A stretch of 64,000 nt of DNA from an uncultured Gemmatimonadales bacterium (GCA_963798085.1 CAWCRS010000003.1:192001-256000); one strand, 5' to 3'; shown: positions 19,743 to 28,552, numbered from the stretch's first letter. The notes: a model not told the origin generated them from the sequence alone. Made by a program: numbers and translations.

Positions 19743-20052
19743 CCGGCGCCGCCTCCAGCAGCTGCTCCAGCCGGCCGCCCGCCGCCAGGGGTCGCCTCGC
19801 CGCGCGCCGGGCCAGCAGCGCCACAACATTGCCCGCCAGCGGCAGCGCCCGCCGACACGCTTCCGCTCGCCCGTCCGCCGACCAGTTGAACCCGACTACG
19901 CCCGCCGGCTCACCATGCAGACGGATGCACGCCTCCACCCTGGTGCCTTCCCGCGGGTCCGCCGCCAGCGGCTCCCCGGGAATCAACTCGAGGTCGACCG
20001 GCAGCAGGGGCGTGAACGCGTGCTCCGGCTCGCGCTTCGCCAGGCCGCTCAT
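19678..20052 (-). CDS. Hypothetical protein; probable N-terminal module of the downstream GT2, split by a frameshift
   Basis: ATG overlaps the wzt stop; IRLHGEPAGVV resembles the module repeated in neighbouring GT proteins; overlaps the next ORF by 65 nt. Confidence 0.55.
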   Translation of the reverse strand: MSGLAKREPEHAFTPLLPVDLELIPGEPLAADPREGTRVEACIRLHGEPAGVVGFNWSADGRAEACRRALPLAGNVVALLARRAARRPLAAGGRLEQLLEAAPDAECRGRPRRGSGAVHTRTTG

Positions 20053-20810
20053 CCCGCGGTCAGACTCGCTGCCTCGTATGCCGCGATCACTTCATCGATC
20101 GGACCCCGGCTCCGCACCCGACCGTGGTCCAGCCAGATCCCCTGCGAGCACAACTCGCGTACGCCGTCGAAGTCGTGCGTCACGACGATGAGCGTGCCAC
20201 CCGCGTCGCGAAACTCACGCAGCCGCTCCAGGCATTTCCCCCGGAACTCGTGGTCACCCACCGCCAGCACTTCGTCCAGTAACAGCGTGTCAGGCTCCGC
20301 GTGCGCCGTGATCGCGAACGCCAGCCGCGACCGCATGCCCGACGAGTAGTACTTCAGCGGGACATCACGGAATTCGCCCACGCCGGAGAAGTCGAAGATG
20401 GCTTCACGCCGCTCCGCGATTTCCCGCCGGCTCAGGCCCAGCGCCGCCGCGTACAGCTCGACGTTCTCATTGCCCGTCAGGTCCGGCTGGAACGTCGTGC
20501 CCAGCTCGATTACCGCAGCCACCCGGCCGTGCCGCACCACCACACCCTCCGTGGGCGGGTAGATCCCGGCCATCAGGCGAAGCGCCGTGCTCTTGCCCGA
20601 GCCGTTCGCGCCGATCAGTGCAAGCGACGCGCCCCGTTCCACGACCAGATCCAGTCCGGTCAGCTCGAATTGCGCGTGGCGCACGTGCACGGGCCGGCCG
20701 CGCAGCACCCGCAGCACGAACTCCTGCAGCGTGGTCGTCCGGTGCTCGTAGTGGTAGAAACGCTTTACCACACCCCGGCACTCCACCGCAACACCGCTGT
20801 TCGCGTCCAT
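20049..20810 (-). CDS. wzt: Polysaccharide ABC exporter ATP-binding subunit (short form, no C-terminal carbohydrate-binding domain)
   Basis: Walker A GANGSGKST, YSSGMRSRLAF signature, LLLDE and VTHD. Confidence 0.93.
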   Translation of the reverse strand: MDANSGVAVECRGVVKRFYHYEHRTTTLQEFVLRVLRGRPVHVRHAQFELTGLDLVVERGASLALIGANGSGKSTALRLMAGIYPPTEGVVVRHGRVAAVIELGTTFQPDLTGNENVELYAAALGLSRREIAERREAIFDFSGVGEFRDVPLKYYSSGMRSRLAFAITAHAEPDTLLLDEVLAVGDHEFRGKCLERLREFRDAGGTLIVVTHDFDGVRELCSQGIWLDHGRVRSRGPIDEVIAAYEAASLTAG

Positions 20811-20814
20811 CACG

Positions 20815-21615
20815 TCACACCACTTCCGCGAAGTACGCGCGCTTCCACCGGAAAAGTGCCAGACCTGCCGCAAAACACACGAGTGCCGCCAGGGCGGGCA
20901 GCAGGAAGGCGCGGGCTGCCGGGATCTGCCCGTCGTACAGCACCGTGTGGTACAGCTCCATGAGTCCCGCGAACGGATTGAGCGCATAGATCGCCTGGGC
21001 CGTCCTGGGCACGTAGCTGGCCGGGTAGTAGACCGGCGACAGGAAGGAAAGCAGCGTCAGCGCCACCGGCAGTGCGTGCTCCACGTCGCGGAAGAAAACG
21101 CCCAATGCCGCAATGGGCAGTGCCAGCCCGGTGGCCAGCAGGAGCTGAACCACGATCACAAGCGGCAGCACCACCAGGCTGAGCGGTACCGCATGGTGCC
21201 GGAACACGACCAGAGCGATCACGACGAGCACCATTTCGGCCGCGAATTCGACAAGCCTCGACAGCACGCCGCTCAGCACCAGCACTTCGCTCGGAAATGC
21301 CAGGCTGCGCGACATGTAGGAGTGTCCCGTCACCTGTGTTGCGCTCGTGCCGAGCGTGTGCAACACGAACACCCATGGGAAATAGCCGCTGATCAGGAAC
21401 GCCCAGTACTGCGGCACGTTCATCCTCAGGATCGCCTGGAACACGAGCACCAGGATCAGCACGGTCAGCAGCGGGTTCAGCAGCGTCCACACAAACCCCA
21501 GAATCGAGCGCTGATAGCGCATCTTCAGGTTGCGTGAGACCAGTGCCCGCAGCAGCTCGCGGTGGCTCCACACTTCAGCGGCAAATCCAGGCGAATCCAG
21601 CGCGGCGTCGGTCAT
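20815..21615 (-). CDS. wzm: Polysaccharide ABC exporter permease
   Basis: RNLKMRYQRSILGFVWTLLNPL, FFRDVEH, SPVYYP and LNP motifs of ABC-2 Wzm/TagG. Confidence 0.93.
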   Translation of the reverse strand: MTDAALDSPGFAAEVWSHRELLRALVSRNLKMRYQRSILGFVWTLLNPLLTVLILVLVFQAILRMNVPQYWAFLISGYFPWVFVLHTLGTSATQVTGHSYMSRSLAFPSEVLVLSGVLSRLVEFAAEMVLVVIALVVFRHHAVPLSLVVLPLVIVVQLLLATGLALPIAALGVFFRDVEHALPVALTLLSFLSPVYYPASYVPRTAQAIYALNPFAGLMELYHTVLYDGQIPAARAFLLPALAALVCFAAGLALFRWKRAYFAEVV

Positions 21616-21665
21616 GGACCTCGCATCATGGACCTGTTTCGTTCCAACGCAATGCTCTATAGTGT

Positions 21666-21681
21666 AGCGAATTGCTTGCCT
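21666..21681 (-). promoter_or_regulatory. Possible sigma54 (-24/-12) promoter for the wzm operon
   Basis: Minus strand reads AGGCAAGCAATTCGCT (GG-N10-GC) about 50 nt upstream of the wzm ATG; imperfect match to TGGCACG-N4-TTGC. Confidence 0.25.
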
Positions 21682-21881
21682 CGCGCCGGCATCCCCGGGC
21701 CCGTCGTGCTGGCGCCTGGCAGGCATAAGTTGCTTCCATTGCACGCTGTTCCATCCGAAAATGCGTCTCCGGCCCGGTCGCCGCTGCATCGGCGAGACAA
21801 TTGCAAGCCTGTTGGCGGTTCGCACTGTTACGAAACCGTGCACTTGTGCGGTTTCCAGAGGCAGACATTCGCGGGAGAGTC

Positions 21882-22886
21882 ATGGACACGCGCGCCGACG
21901 CGCCGACCTTTTCTATCGTCATCCCGACCTACGACCGGCCTGACCTCGTGCGCAGGTTGCTCAGTGCGCTGAGTCGCCTGGACTACCCGGCCGAGCGTTT
22001 CGAGGTGATCGTCGTCGATGACGGCAGTCCCAGGCCTCTGCATGCGGTGATCGCCGAGTTCGTGGACCGTCTGGACGTGCGCCTGATTCGTCAGCGCAAT
22101 GCCGGGCCTGCAACCGCACGCAACCGCGGCGCTGGCGAGGCCCGCGGCCAGTGGCTGGCCTTCACGGATGATGACTGCGTTCCGGAGCGCGGCTGGCTGA
22201 ACGGGCTGGAGCGTGCGTTGCTGCGTGATTCCGAGGTGGCTGTGGGCGGGCGGTTGCTCAGCTACCCGGAGGACACGGTGTATTCGGTGGCCAGCCAGAA
22301 CCTGGTCGAGTATCTGTACCACTACTACAACCGGCCGGACTCGAGCGCCCGTTTCTTCTCCAGCGCGAACCTCGCATGCGCGCGCGACCTCTTCCTCGCG
22401 ACGGGCGGCTTCAATGAATCGTTCCGCATTGCCGCCGCCGAGGATCGTGACATCTGCGACCGCTGGTGCGAACAGGGCAGGCGCCTGGTCTTCGCCGGCA
22501 ATGCGGTGGTCCGACACGCACCGCGGCTCACCTTCCGCCGTTTCGTGCGCCAGCATTTCAACTATGGCCGCGGCGCCCTCTGCCTGCATCGCGCCCGCGA
22601 GCTGCGCGGCGTTTCGCGCCCTCGCCGGGAGCCACTGCGGTTCTATTTCGGGCTCCTCGTCTACCCGATCGGCCGGGGCTTTGGCCTGCGCACACCGCAG
22701 CTCGTGGCGCTGGCGCTGACCACGCAGATCGTGTACGTGCTCGGCTTTCTCAGCGAGCGCTCGCTCACGCGCAAGACCCCACCCGCCGCGGCAGAAGCGC
22801 GAAAGCAGGATGCGACCGACCCTTTCCAGAATCGGGCAGTTCGACGCCAAATGGCTGACTTCGAACACGAGTTCATCCGGCACTGA
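21882..22886 (+). CDS. GT2 glycosyltransferase, divergent from wzm
   Basis: SIVIPTYDRP, VVDDGS, GPATARNRG, FTDDD and AAEDRD; GGGAGAG RBS. Confidence 0.9.
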   Translation: MDTRADAPTFSIVIPTYDRPDLVRRLLSALSRLDYPAERFEVIVVDDGSPRPLHAVIAEFVDRLDVRLIRQRNAGPATARNRGAGEARGQWLAFTDDDCVPERGWLNGLERALLRDSEVAVGGRLLSYPEDTVYSVASQNLVEYLYHYYNRPDSSARFFSSANLACARDLFLATGGFNESFRIAAAEDRDICDRWCEQGRRLVFAGNAVVRHAPRLTFRRFVRQHFNYGRGALCLHRARELRGVSRPRREPLRFYFGLLVYPIGRGFGLRTPQLVALALTTQIVYVLGFLSERSLTRKTPPAAAEARKQDATDPFQNRAVRRQMADFEHEFIRH

Positions 22887-22909
22887 GCGCCGGACAGACT
22901 GCATCGAAG

Positions 22910-22952
22910 CGCGGCGGACGGGTCCGTTCGACCTGTCCGCCGCGTCCTTTTT
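22910..22952 (+). terminator. Rho-independent terminator
   Basis: 15-bp stem CGCGGCGGACGGGTC/GACCTGTCCGCCGCG (one G-U pair), 5-nt loop, followed by TCCTTTTT. Confidence 0.75.
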
Positions 22953-23626
22953 CAGCGGGCCTTCTTCCGCTTCTCAGGCTTGGGAGCCAGGATGGTGCCG
23001 CGACAGCTCTCGGCGCCACAGCGGCAGGGATACATGCGCTTCAGCGCGGGCGTCAGCGGCTCGTCCAGGTCGTACGCGTAGTCGTAGAACAGCTCTTCGC
23101 CCGGGGCAATGTCGCGCACCGCCTCGATGAAGATGCGCCCGCCATAATCCAGCGCCTCACAGTTGGGCTCGCACGAATGATTGATGAACTTCGCCGCGTT
23201 GCCCTTCACGCCGGCATCGATGACCGTGTCATCATCGATCGCGAACAGGAACGTGTGATGCCGGGCCATTTGCTCGTCGTCATAGCGCTGGTCCGCCTCA
23301 TCCTGCGTGATGCGTTCGCCCGTGTACTCGATGATGCGCGTACCCATGGAGATCCAGCGCGTGGCAAACGCGCCGTTACCCTGAATGTGCGAGCGGCGGA
23401 TCGTGAACGGACGGGGCCAGGCGACACCATCCGCTCCTTTCCTGCGCCGCGTTCCAGCGGCTCGCTTCGTTCTGCTGCCTGCGCCGCTGCTCTTCCTGCG
23501 TCGGGAGCCTGTTGCCAAAACCCCACTCTCCTTTGTTGCCTGCGTCCGTTCCTTCGCCGGCTGCGCCCGGTTAGCCGTCTTTTTCCGGTGCAGTGTCGGG
23601 AATCTAGGACCAACCGCGCCTCTCAC
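22952..23626 (-). CDS. SET-domain protein-lysine methyltransferase with post-SET motif (start uncertain)
   Basis: IQGNGAFA, IIEYTGE, KFINHSCEPNC, ELFYDY and CRCGAESCRG. Confidence 0.9.
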   Translation of the reverse strand: MRGAVGPRFPTLHRKKTANRAQPAKERTQATKESGVLATGSRRRKSSGAGSRTKRAAGTRRRKGADGVAWPRPFTIRRSHIQGNGAFATRWISMGTRIIEYTGERITQDEADQRYDDEQMARHHTFLFAIDDDTVIDAGVKGNAAKFINHSCEPNCEALDYGGRIFIEAVRDIAPGEELFYDYAYDLDEPLTPALKRMYPCRCGAESCRGTILAPKPEKRKKAR

Positions 23627-23703
23627 CTAGAGGACGACAGTCGAACCTTGTAGGTTGGGGAGTGTTGTATGGACGATCCGTACCTGCCGCCAGGACTGTT
23701 CGC

Positions 23704-26067
23704 ATGACCGACGGTTTCCCGTTCCGGCGTGTTCTGACCTTCGCCCCGCTGATCGAACACTGGCGTGAGGTGGCAGCACGCACCGGACTGCAGGCCGAGA
23801 TCGCCGCCAGCGTGCTGCGCCGCGTCGACGACACACCGCTGCTCCTGAGCCCGATCGACGACGCCGCACAGCTGCGTGGCTGCGCCGACCTCGTCGAAGT
23901 GTTGCTGCACCCGATCTTCCCGCAGGCGGGCCACGGCGAGTCGTATGGCGCCGTGCTCACGCCCTTCGGCCACGAGTGCATCCACCAGACGCGGGCATTC
24001 GAGCGCCGCGGTCTGCTGGATCAGCTCCTGCAGCAGCTGGCCCAGGCCGATCGCCAGGTACACCGCGCGATCGTCGCATGGGAGTACGTGTTGTCCGGCA
24101 TCTACGGCACGCCCTTCGACGTGTCCATTCCCTTCGTGGCAACGTCTGTGGATGCGACGACCGGCCTCGATCGTTACTTCGGCGTCCTGCTCGACCATCG
24201 TTTCTGCCGCCCTGTCGCCGTCGGACCGGTGCCCACGCTCAGCGCCGAACAAATGGAATCGCTGCAGGACAACCGTCTGGACCTGGATCTCTGGCGACGC
24301 ACGCTCCCGCCCGAAAACTTCGAGCTGCACGGACTGGGTGTGTTCCACGCGCGCGACGTCACGGAACAGAAGGTCATGGCCAGCCTGACCGGCGAGCTGC
24401 TGCAGCCCGACGCCATGAGATCCGTCGAACGCGTGCTGCGCCTGGAGTCACACGTGCGCACGCTGCTCAACCGTCCTCACGTCGAGCTGGGTCTCATCTG
24501 CGTCGAGCGTGATGGCGCGGACGCCATTTCCGCAGCGCGCGCGGTGGGCCGCAGCCTGCTGTTGAGCAAAGGCGAAATGCCCTATTGCTGCAATGCCGCG
24601 GAGTCCGTCTACACGCGCGTGATCGAGACACGCAAACCCGAAGTGGTGCGCGATCTCGCGTGCTGCGGCATCAGCACCGAATACGAGCAGCACCTGCGCG
24701 ATCAGGGCATGCGCAATCTGCTGATCGCGCCGCTCATGGTGGGTGACCGCCTGGTCGGCCTGATCGAGCTGGCCTCGCCCGTGCCCGGCGACGTGCACAT
24801 CCTCAACGCCGGACCGGTGCACCAGGTGCTGGGCCTGTTCGCCGCCGCCATGAAGCGCACCTACGACGATCGCGAGACTCGCGTACAGGCTGTTATCAAG
24901 CAACAGTACACGGCCATCCACCCGTCCGTGGAATGGCGCTTCCGCAAGGCCGCGCTCAAGTACATGGAAGCCGTGGCCCAGGACGAGATGCCCACCGCCG
25001 ATGCCATCGTCTTCAAGGATGTGTATCCGCTCTATGGCCTGTCCGACATCCGCGGCTCATCCAGCCGCCGCAGCGAGGCCATCCAGCAGGACCTGCGCCG
25101 GCAGCTGGACCTGGCGCGTGATGTGGTGCGCGCCGCCAGCATGGCGAAACCGCTGCCCGTGCTGACCGAGCTGGACCACCGCATGGATCGCTGCCTCGCC
25201 GATCTCGCCAATGGCCTGCGCGCCGGCGATGAGCTGCGCGTGCTCGATTTCCTGCGCCAGGACCTCGAGGAGATTTTCCAGCAGCTGGATGACTTCGGAG
25301 AAACCACTGCGGCTGCGTTGCGCGCCTACCGCGCGGCGCTCGACCCCGAGCTGGGGTTCCTCTACGGGGAGCGCCGCGCCTTCGAGCAGGCGGTTGCGCT
25401 GATCAACGACACCATCTCCGTGTACATCGATCGCGAGCAGGCGCTGGCCCAGGCCATGTTCCCGCACTACTTCGAGAAGTTCAAGACCAATGGCGTCGAC
25501 TACAACATCTACGTAGGCGCATCCCTGCAGGAGGAACGCCGCTTCCAGCCGCTCTACCTGCGCAATCTGCGCATCTGGCAGCTCATGCTGATGTGCGGCA
25601 TCATCTGGGAGCTGGACCGCGTCGGCCCGCGCCTGCCCATCCCGCTGGAGACCGCGCACCTCATCCTGGCACAGTCTACGCCGCTCTCCATCCGCTTCCG
25701 CGTCGAAGAGAAGCAGTTCGACGTCGACGGTGCCTACAACATCCGCTACGAGATCGTGAAGAAGCGCATCGACAAGGCGCGCGTCCGCGGCGGCCGTGAA
25801 CACCTCACGCAGCCTGGCTGCATCGCCATCGTGTACTCACACCCCCGCGAGGCCGCCGAGTACCGCGAATACCTCGACTTCCTCGCCGCCGCCGGCTACC
25901 TGACCGGCCCCATCGAAGAACTCGAGCTGGAAGACCTCCAGGGCGCCAGCGGCCTGCAGGCAATGCGCGTCACCGTGGCCCGCGCCGGCGCCACCACCAC
26001 CGACGCCCGGCCCATCGTCGAGCGCGTCAATGTGCTGCACCGCAAACTCGCTGTGAGAGGCGCATGA
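23704..26067 (+). CDS. GAF-domain-containing protein of unknown function (about 787 aa)
   Basis: GAF-like segment (PEVVRDL...LLIAPLMVGDRLVGLIELAS); conserved-looking blocks YTAIHPSVEWRF, YPLYGLSDIRGSS and FDVDGAYNIRYEIVKKRIDKA; strong coding bias. Confidence 0.8.
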   Translation: MTDGFPFRRVLTFAPLIEHWREVAARTGLQAEIAASVLRRVDDTPLLLSPIDDAAQLRGCADLVEVLLHPIFPQAGHGESYGAVLTPFGHECIHQTRAFERRGLLDQLLQQLAQADRQVHRAIVAWEYVLSGIYGTPFDVSIPFVATSVDATTGLDRYFGVLLDHRFCRPVAVGPVPTLSAEQMESLQDNRLDLDLWRRTLPPENFELHGLGVFHARDVTEQKVMASLTGELLQPDAMRSVERVLRLESHVRTLLNRPHVELGLICVERDGADAISAARAVGRSLLLSKGEMPYCCNAAESVYTRVIETRKPEVVRDLACCGISTEYEQHLRDQGMRNLLIAPLMVGDRLVGLIELASPVPGDVHILNAGPVHQVLGLFAAAMKRTYDDRETRVQAVIKQQYTAIHPSVEWRFRKAALKYMEAVAQDEMPTADAIVFKDVYPLYGLSDIRGSSSRRSEAIQQDLRRQLDLARDVVRAASMAKPLPVLTELDHRMDRCLADLANGLRAGDELRVLDFLRQDLEEIFQQLDDFGETTAAALRAYRAALDPELGFLYGERRAFEQAVALINDTISVYIDREQALAQAMFPHYFEKFKTNGVDYNIYVGASLQEERRFQPLYLRNLRIWQLMLMCGIIWELDRVGPRLPIPLETAHLILAQSTPLSIRFRVEEKQFDVDGAYNIRYEIVKKRIDKARVRGGREHLTQPGCIAIVYSHPREAAEYREYLDFLAAAGYLTGPIEELELEDLQGASGLQAMRVTVARAGATTTDARPIVERVNVLHRKLAVRGA

Positions 26068-26483
26068 GGGCGGCCGACTCCGTTACGCGCCCGCGCGCGC
26101 ATTCCCCACGCGGAGAACCGGGAGAACCGCGTCCGCACACGGTGCCCACAAGGCAGCGGGGGGCGCTGCCACCCGGCGCCGGAAGCAGCCGGGGGCCCGC
26201 GTCAACGGCCCCGCAAATTGAGCCATCGCCGCGCCTGATGCGCTGGCCGGGTCCGGACCCGAATGATCGACCACCCCTGAGAACCCGTGCCCTGTGTCCC
26301 CTGCTTCCTGCGTCCACGTCTCTGTGATAATAATCCGTTAACCGTTCCCACGGGTACGCCCCCGGGGTGGGGAAGAGCGGCCTACTACCACGGTGTTAAA
26401 CGCCATGCCCGCCCCAGCATGGCCACAACAGCAGCTGCGCCGGGCGGGACGCCCGCGCTCGACGGGGCCGCGCAGCAGCGCGC

Positions 26484-26822
26484 TCACACCCGTCGCGGAC
26501 GCGTGCCCAGCTGCACACCATCCCACATGCGCTCCAGCATGCGACGCGTCGATTCCAGCGCGCGCACGCCCGGCGGACGCAGCCGGAAGTGCCGCTTCGC
26601 ACGGCCGCCTCGCCGCGGCGTCGCCTCACCCTGCCACGACGCCACGTAGCCTTTCTCTTCCAGCCGCGCCAGCGTCGCATAGATGGCGCCCACCGCTACA
26701 CCGCGCCCCGTGCGTCGCTCGATTTCGCGACGGATCGTCGTGCCGTAGCCGTCCTCACCCAGCTGTGCCACCGCCAGCAGCACGACCTGCTCGAACTCAC
26801 CCAGGTAATCGCCTTTCGTCAT
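26484..26822 (-). CDS. PadR-family transcriptional regulator (short type, often linked to ADOP permeases)
   Basis: MTKGDYLGEFEQVVLLAV...YG..I..EI..RTGR...GAIYATLARLEEKG...RGGRAKRHF winged helix-turn-helix. Confidence 0.9.
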   Translation of the reverse strand: MTKGDYLGEFEQVVLLAVAQLGEDGYGTTIRREIERRTGRGVAVGAIYATLARLEEKGYVASWQGEATPRRGGRAKRHFRLRPPGVRALESTRRMLERMWDGVQLGTRPRRV

Positions 26823-26847
26823 GTTATATGTATTACATTCCAGAACA
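26821..26847. promoter_or_regulatory. AT-rich promoter/operator directly at the padR start
   Basis: ATGTTATATGTATTACATTCCAGAACA, containing the inverted repeat ATGT-N3-ACAT inside TGTT...AACA; no RBS before the padR ATG. Confidence 0.4.
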
Positions 26848-27056
26848 AAACAGGCAAGCGCGCGGCTGCTCCCGATCCGCCCGCCGCGCCGCGCGAAACA
26901 CACCGTTTGCGACGGTTTCCCAATGCGAGCGCGCGTCGCGAGACCGCAACATGGCGTCCAGCCTGCGCTTGCCTCGCACCCGCTTGATCCGCGCCGATCC
27001 CGCCGCTCATATTCCCGCACGCATTGACTCCCTCCCCTTTTCCGGAGAACGGCCGC

Positions 27057-28547
27057 ATGACGCTTCCCGGCCGGTATGGTACAGGCTGGTGCGCGGCGCG
27101 CTGCCGCGCGATTGCGGCGCTGACGCTGCTGCTCGCGACGCACGCTTCGGCCCAGGAAGCAGCGCAGGCCCGCGCGCGACGGACGCGCGTCGAGCATGGG
27201 TTGCGCTCCACGATCATCGTCTCCGGCAGCAGCCGCGGCTGGTCCCTCGCGGAGCGCATGGCCCACTATCGTGTGCCGGCGGTCAGCATCGCCGTGATCG
27301 ACAATGGCCGCATCGAGTGGGCGCGCGCGTATGGTGTCGCCAATGTCGTCGAGGCACGCACGGCCACGACGGAGACGCTGTTCCAGGCTGCATCAGTGAG
27401 CAAGCCGCTGACCGCACTGGCCGCGCTGCACCTCGTGGAGCAGCAGCGCATCACATTGGATGGCGACGTCAACACCTGGCTGCGCTCCTGGCAGGTCCCG
27501 TCCGATTCGCTCACCGCCCAACAGCCTGTTACAGTGCGCGAGCTGCTCACGCACACGGCCGGCCTCACCGTGCACGGATTTCCCGGCTATGCGGCCAACG
27601 AGGCCGTTCCCACGCTGCTCCAGGTGCTCAATGGCGCCGATCCCGCGAACACGCCCGCGATTCGTGTCGACACACGTCCCGGTACGCAGTGGCGGTATTC
27701 GGGCGGTGGCTACACCGTGCTGCAGCAGCTGCTCATCGACGTCAGCGGCATGCCTTTCCCGCAATTGCTGCGGCAGCTCGTGCTCGACCCCATGGGCATG
27801 ACGCGGAGCACGTACTCGCAGCCGCTCGAGCCGCTGCGTGCGCACGAAGCCGCGTCCGGTTACCGCACGGATGGCTCCGCCATACCGCACCACTGGCACA
27901 CCTACCCGGAAATGGCGGCGGCCGGCCTGTGGACGACGCCTACGGATCTCGCGCGCTACATCCTGGAGGTGCAGGCCGCCTGGGCCGGCCGTTCCCGACG
28001 CGTGATTTCGCCGGACATGGCAAGGCAGATGCTGACGGCGGGCACCGGCGGCTGGGGCCTCGGCCCGCAGCTGGGCGGTTCCGGAGACAGTCTCCATTTC
28101 CAGCACGGTGGCGCTAACGAGGGATTTCGCTGCGAGTTCATTGGCTCGGTAACGGGCGGCCGTGGCGCCGTGGTGATGACCAACAGCGATGCAGGCAGCC
28201 TGATCGTCAACGAGATCCTGCTCGCGATTGGCGACGTCTACGGCTGGCCCGACGTGCCCCGCAGCGCCCTGCGGCCGGTCGCGCTGCCCGACAGCGTCGC
28301 CTCGGAATACGTGGGTCGCTATCACCTGCCGGCGCAGGCCGGCGGTGTGCTCGCGGTGGCGTGGCGGGATGGCGGACTGGTCGCGATCGTCGGCGATCTG
28401 CCGGCGTCGCCCCTCGTGCACACCGGCGAGGATGCGTTCATCGGGCTCGACAATGGCACGAGTCTCCGCTTCATTCGCGAAAATGGCAGGATCGTCGCCG
28501 CCGGCATTTACGGCGTGCGCGCCCAGCGCATGGCGAGTCAGCCGTAG
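27057..28547 (+). CDS. Serine hydrolase, beta-lactamase class C/AmpC-like family, secreted
   Basis: Signal peptide (ASA-Q); SxxK (ASVSK), LLTHTAG, YSGGG and HGGAN motifs. Confidence 0.9.
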   Translation: MTLPGRYGTGWCAARCRAIAALTLLLATHASAQEAAQARARRTRVEHGLRSTIIVSGSSRGWSLAERMAHYRVPAVSIAVIDNGRIEWARAYGVANVVEARTATTETLFQAASVSKPLTALAALHLVEQQRITLDGDVNTWLRSWQVPSDSLTAQQPVTVRELLTHTAGLTVHGFPGYAANEAVPTLLQVLNGADPANTPAIRVDTRPGTQWRYSGGGYTVLQQLLIDVSGMPFPQLLRQLVLDPMGMTRSTYSQPLEPLRAHEAASGYRTDGSAIPHHWHTYPEMAAAGLWTTPTDLARYILEVQAAWAGRSRRVISPDMARQMLTAGTGGWGLGPQLGGSGDSLHFQHGGANEGFRCEFIGSVTGGRGAVVMTNSDAGSLIVNEILLAIGDVYGWPDVPRSALRPVALPDSVASEYVGRYHLPAQAGGVLAVAWRDGGLVAIVGDLPASPLVHTGEDAFIGLDNGTSLRFIRENGRIVAAGIYGVRAQRMASQP

Positions 28548-28552
28548 CCGGC

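Noticed and set aside
26064..26327. 87-aa ORF overlapping the GAF gene stop (ATGA)
   Set aside because: Pro/Arg-rich low-complexity translation with no motif; not supported as a gene.
27057..28547. Antibiotic-resistance beta-lactamase
   Set aside because: It has YSG and HGG rather than the YxN and KTG motifs of AmpC. This broad family is mostly peptidases and esterases, so resistance cannot be claimed.
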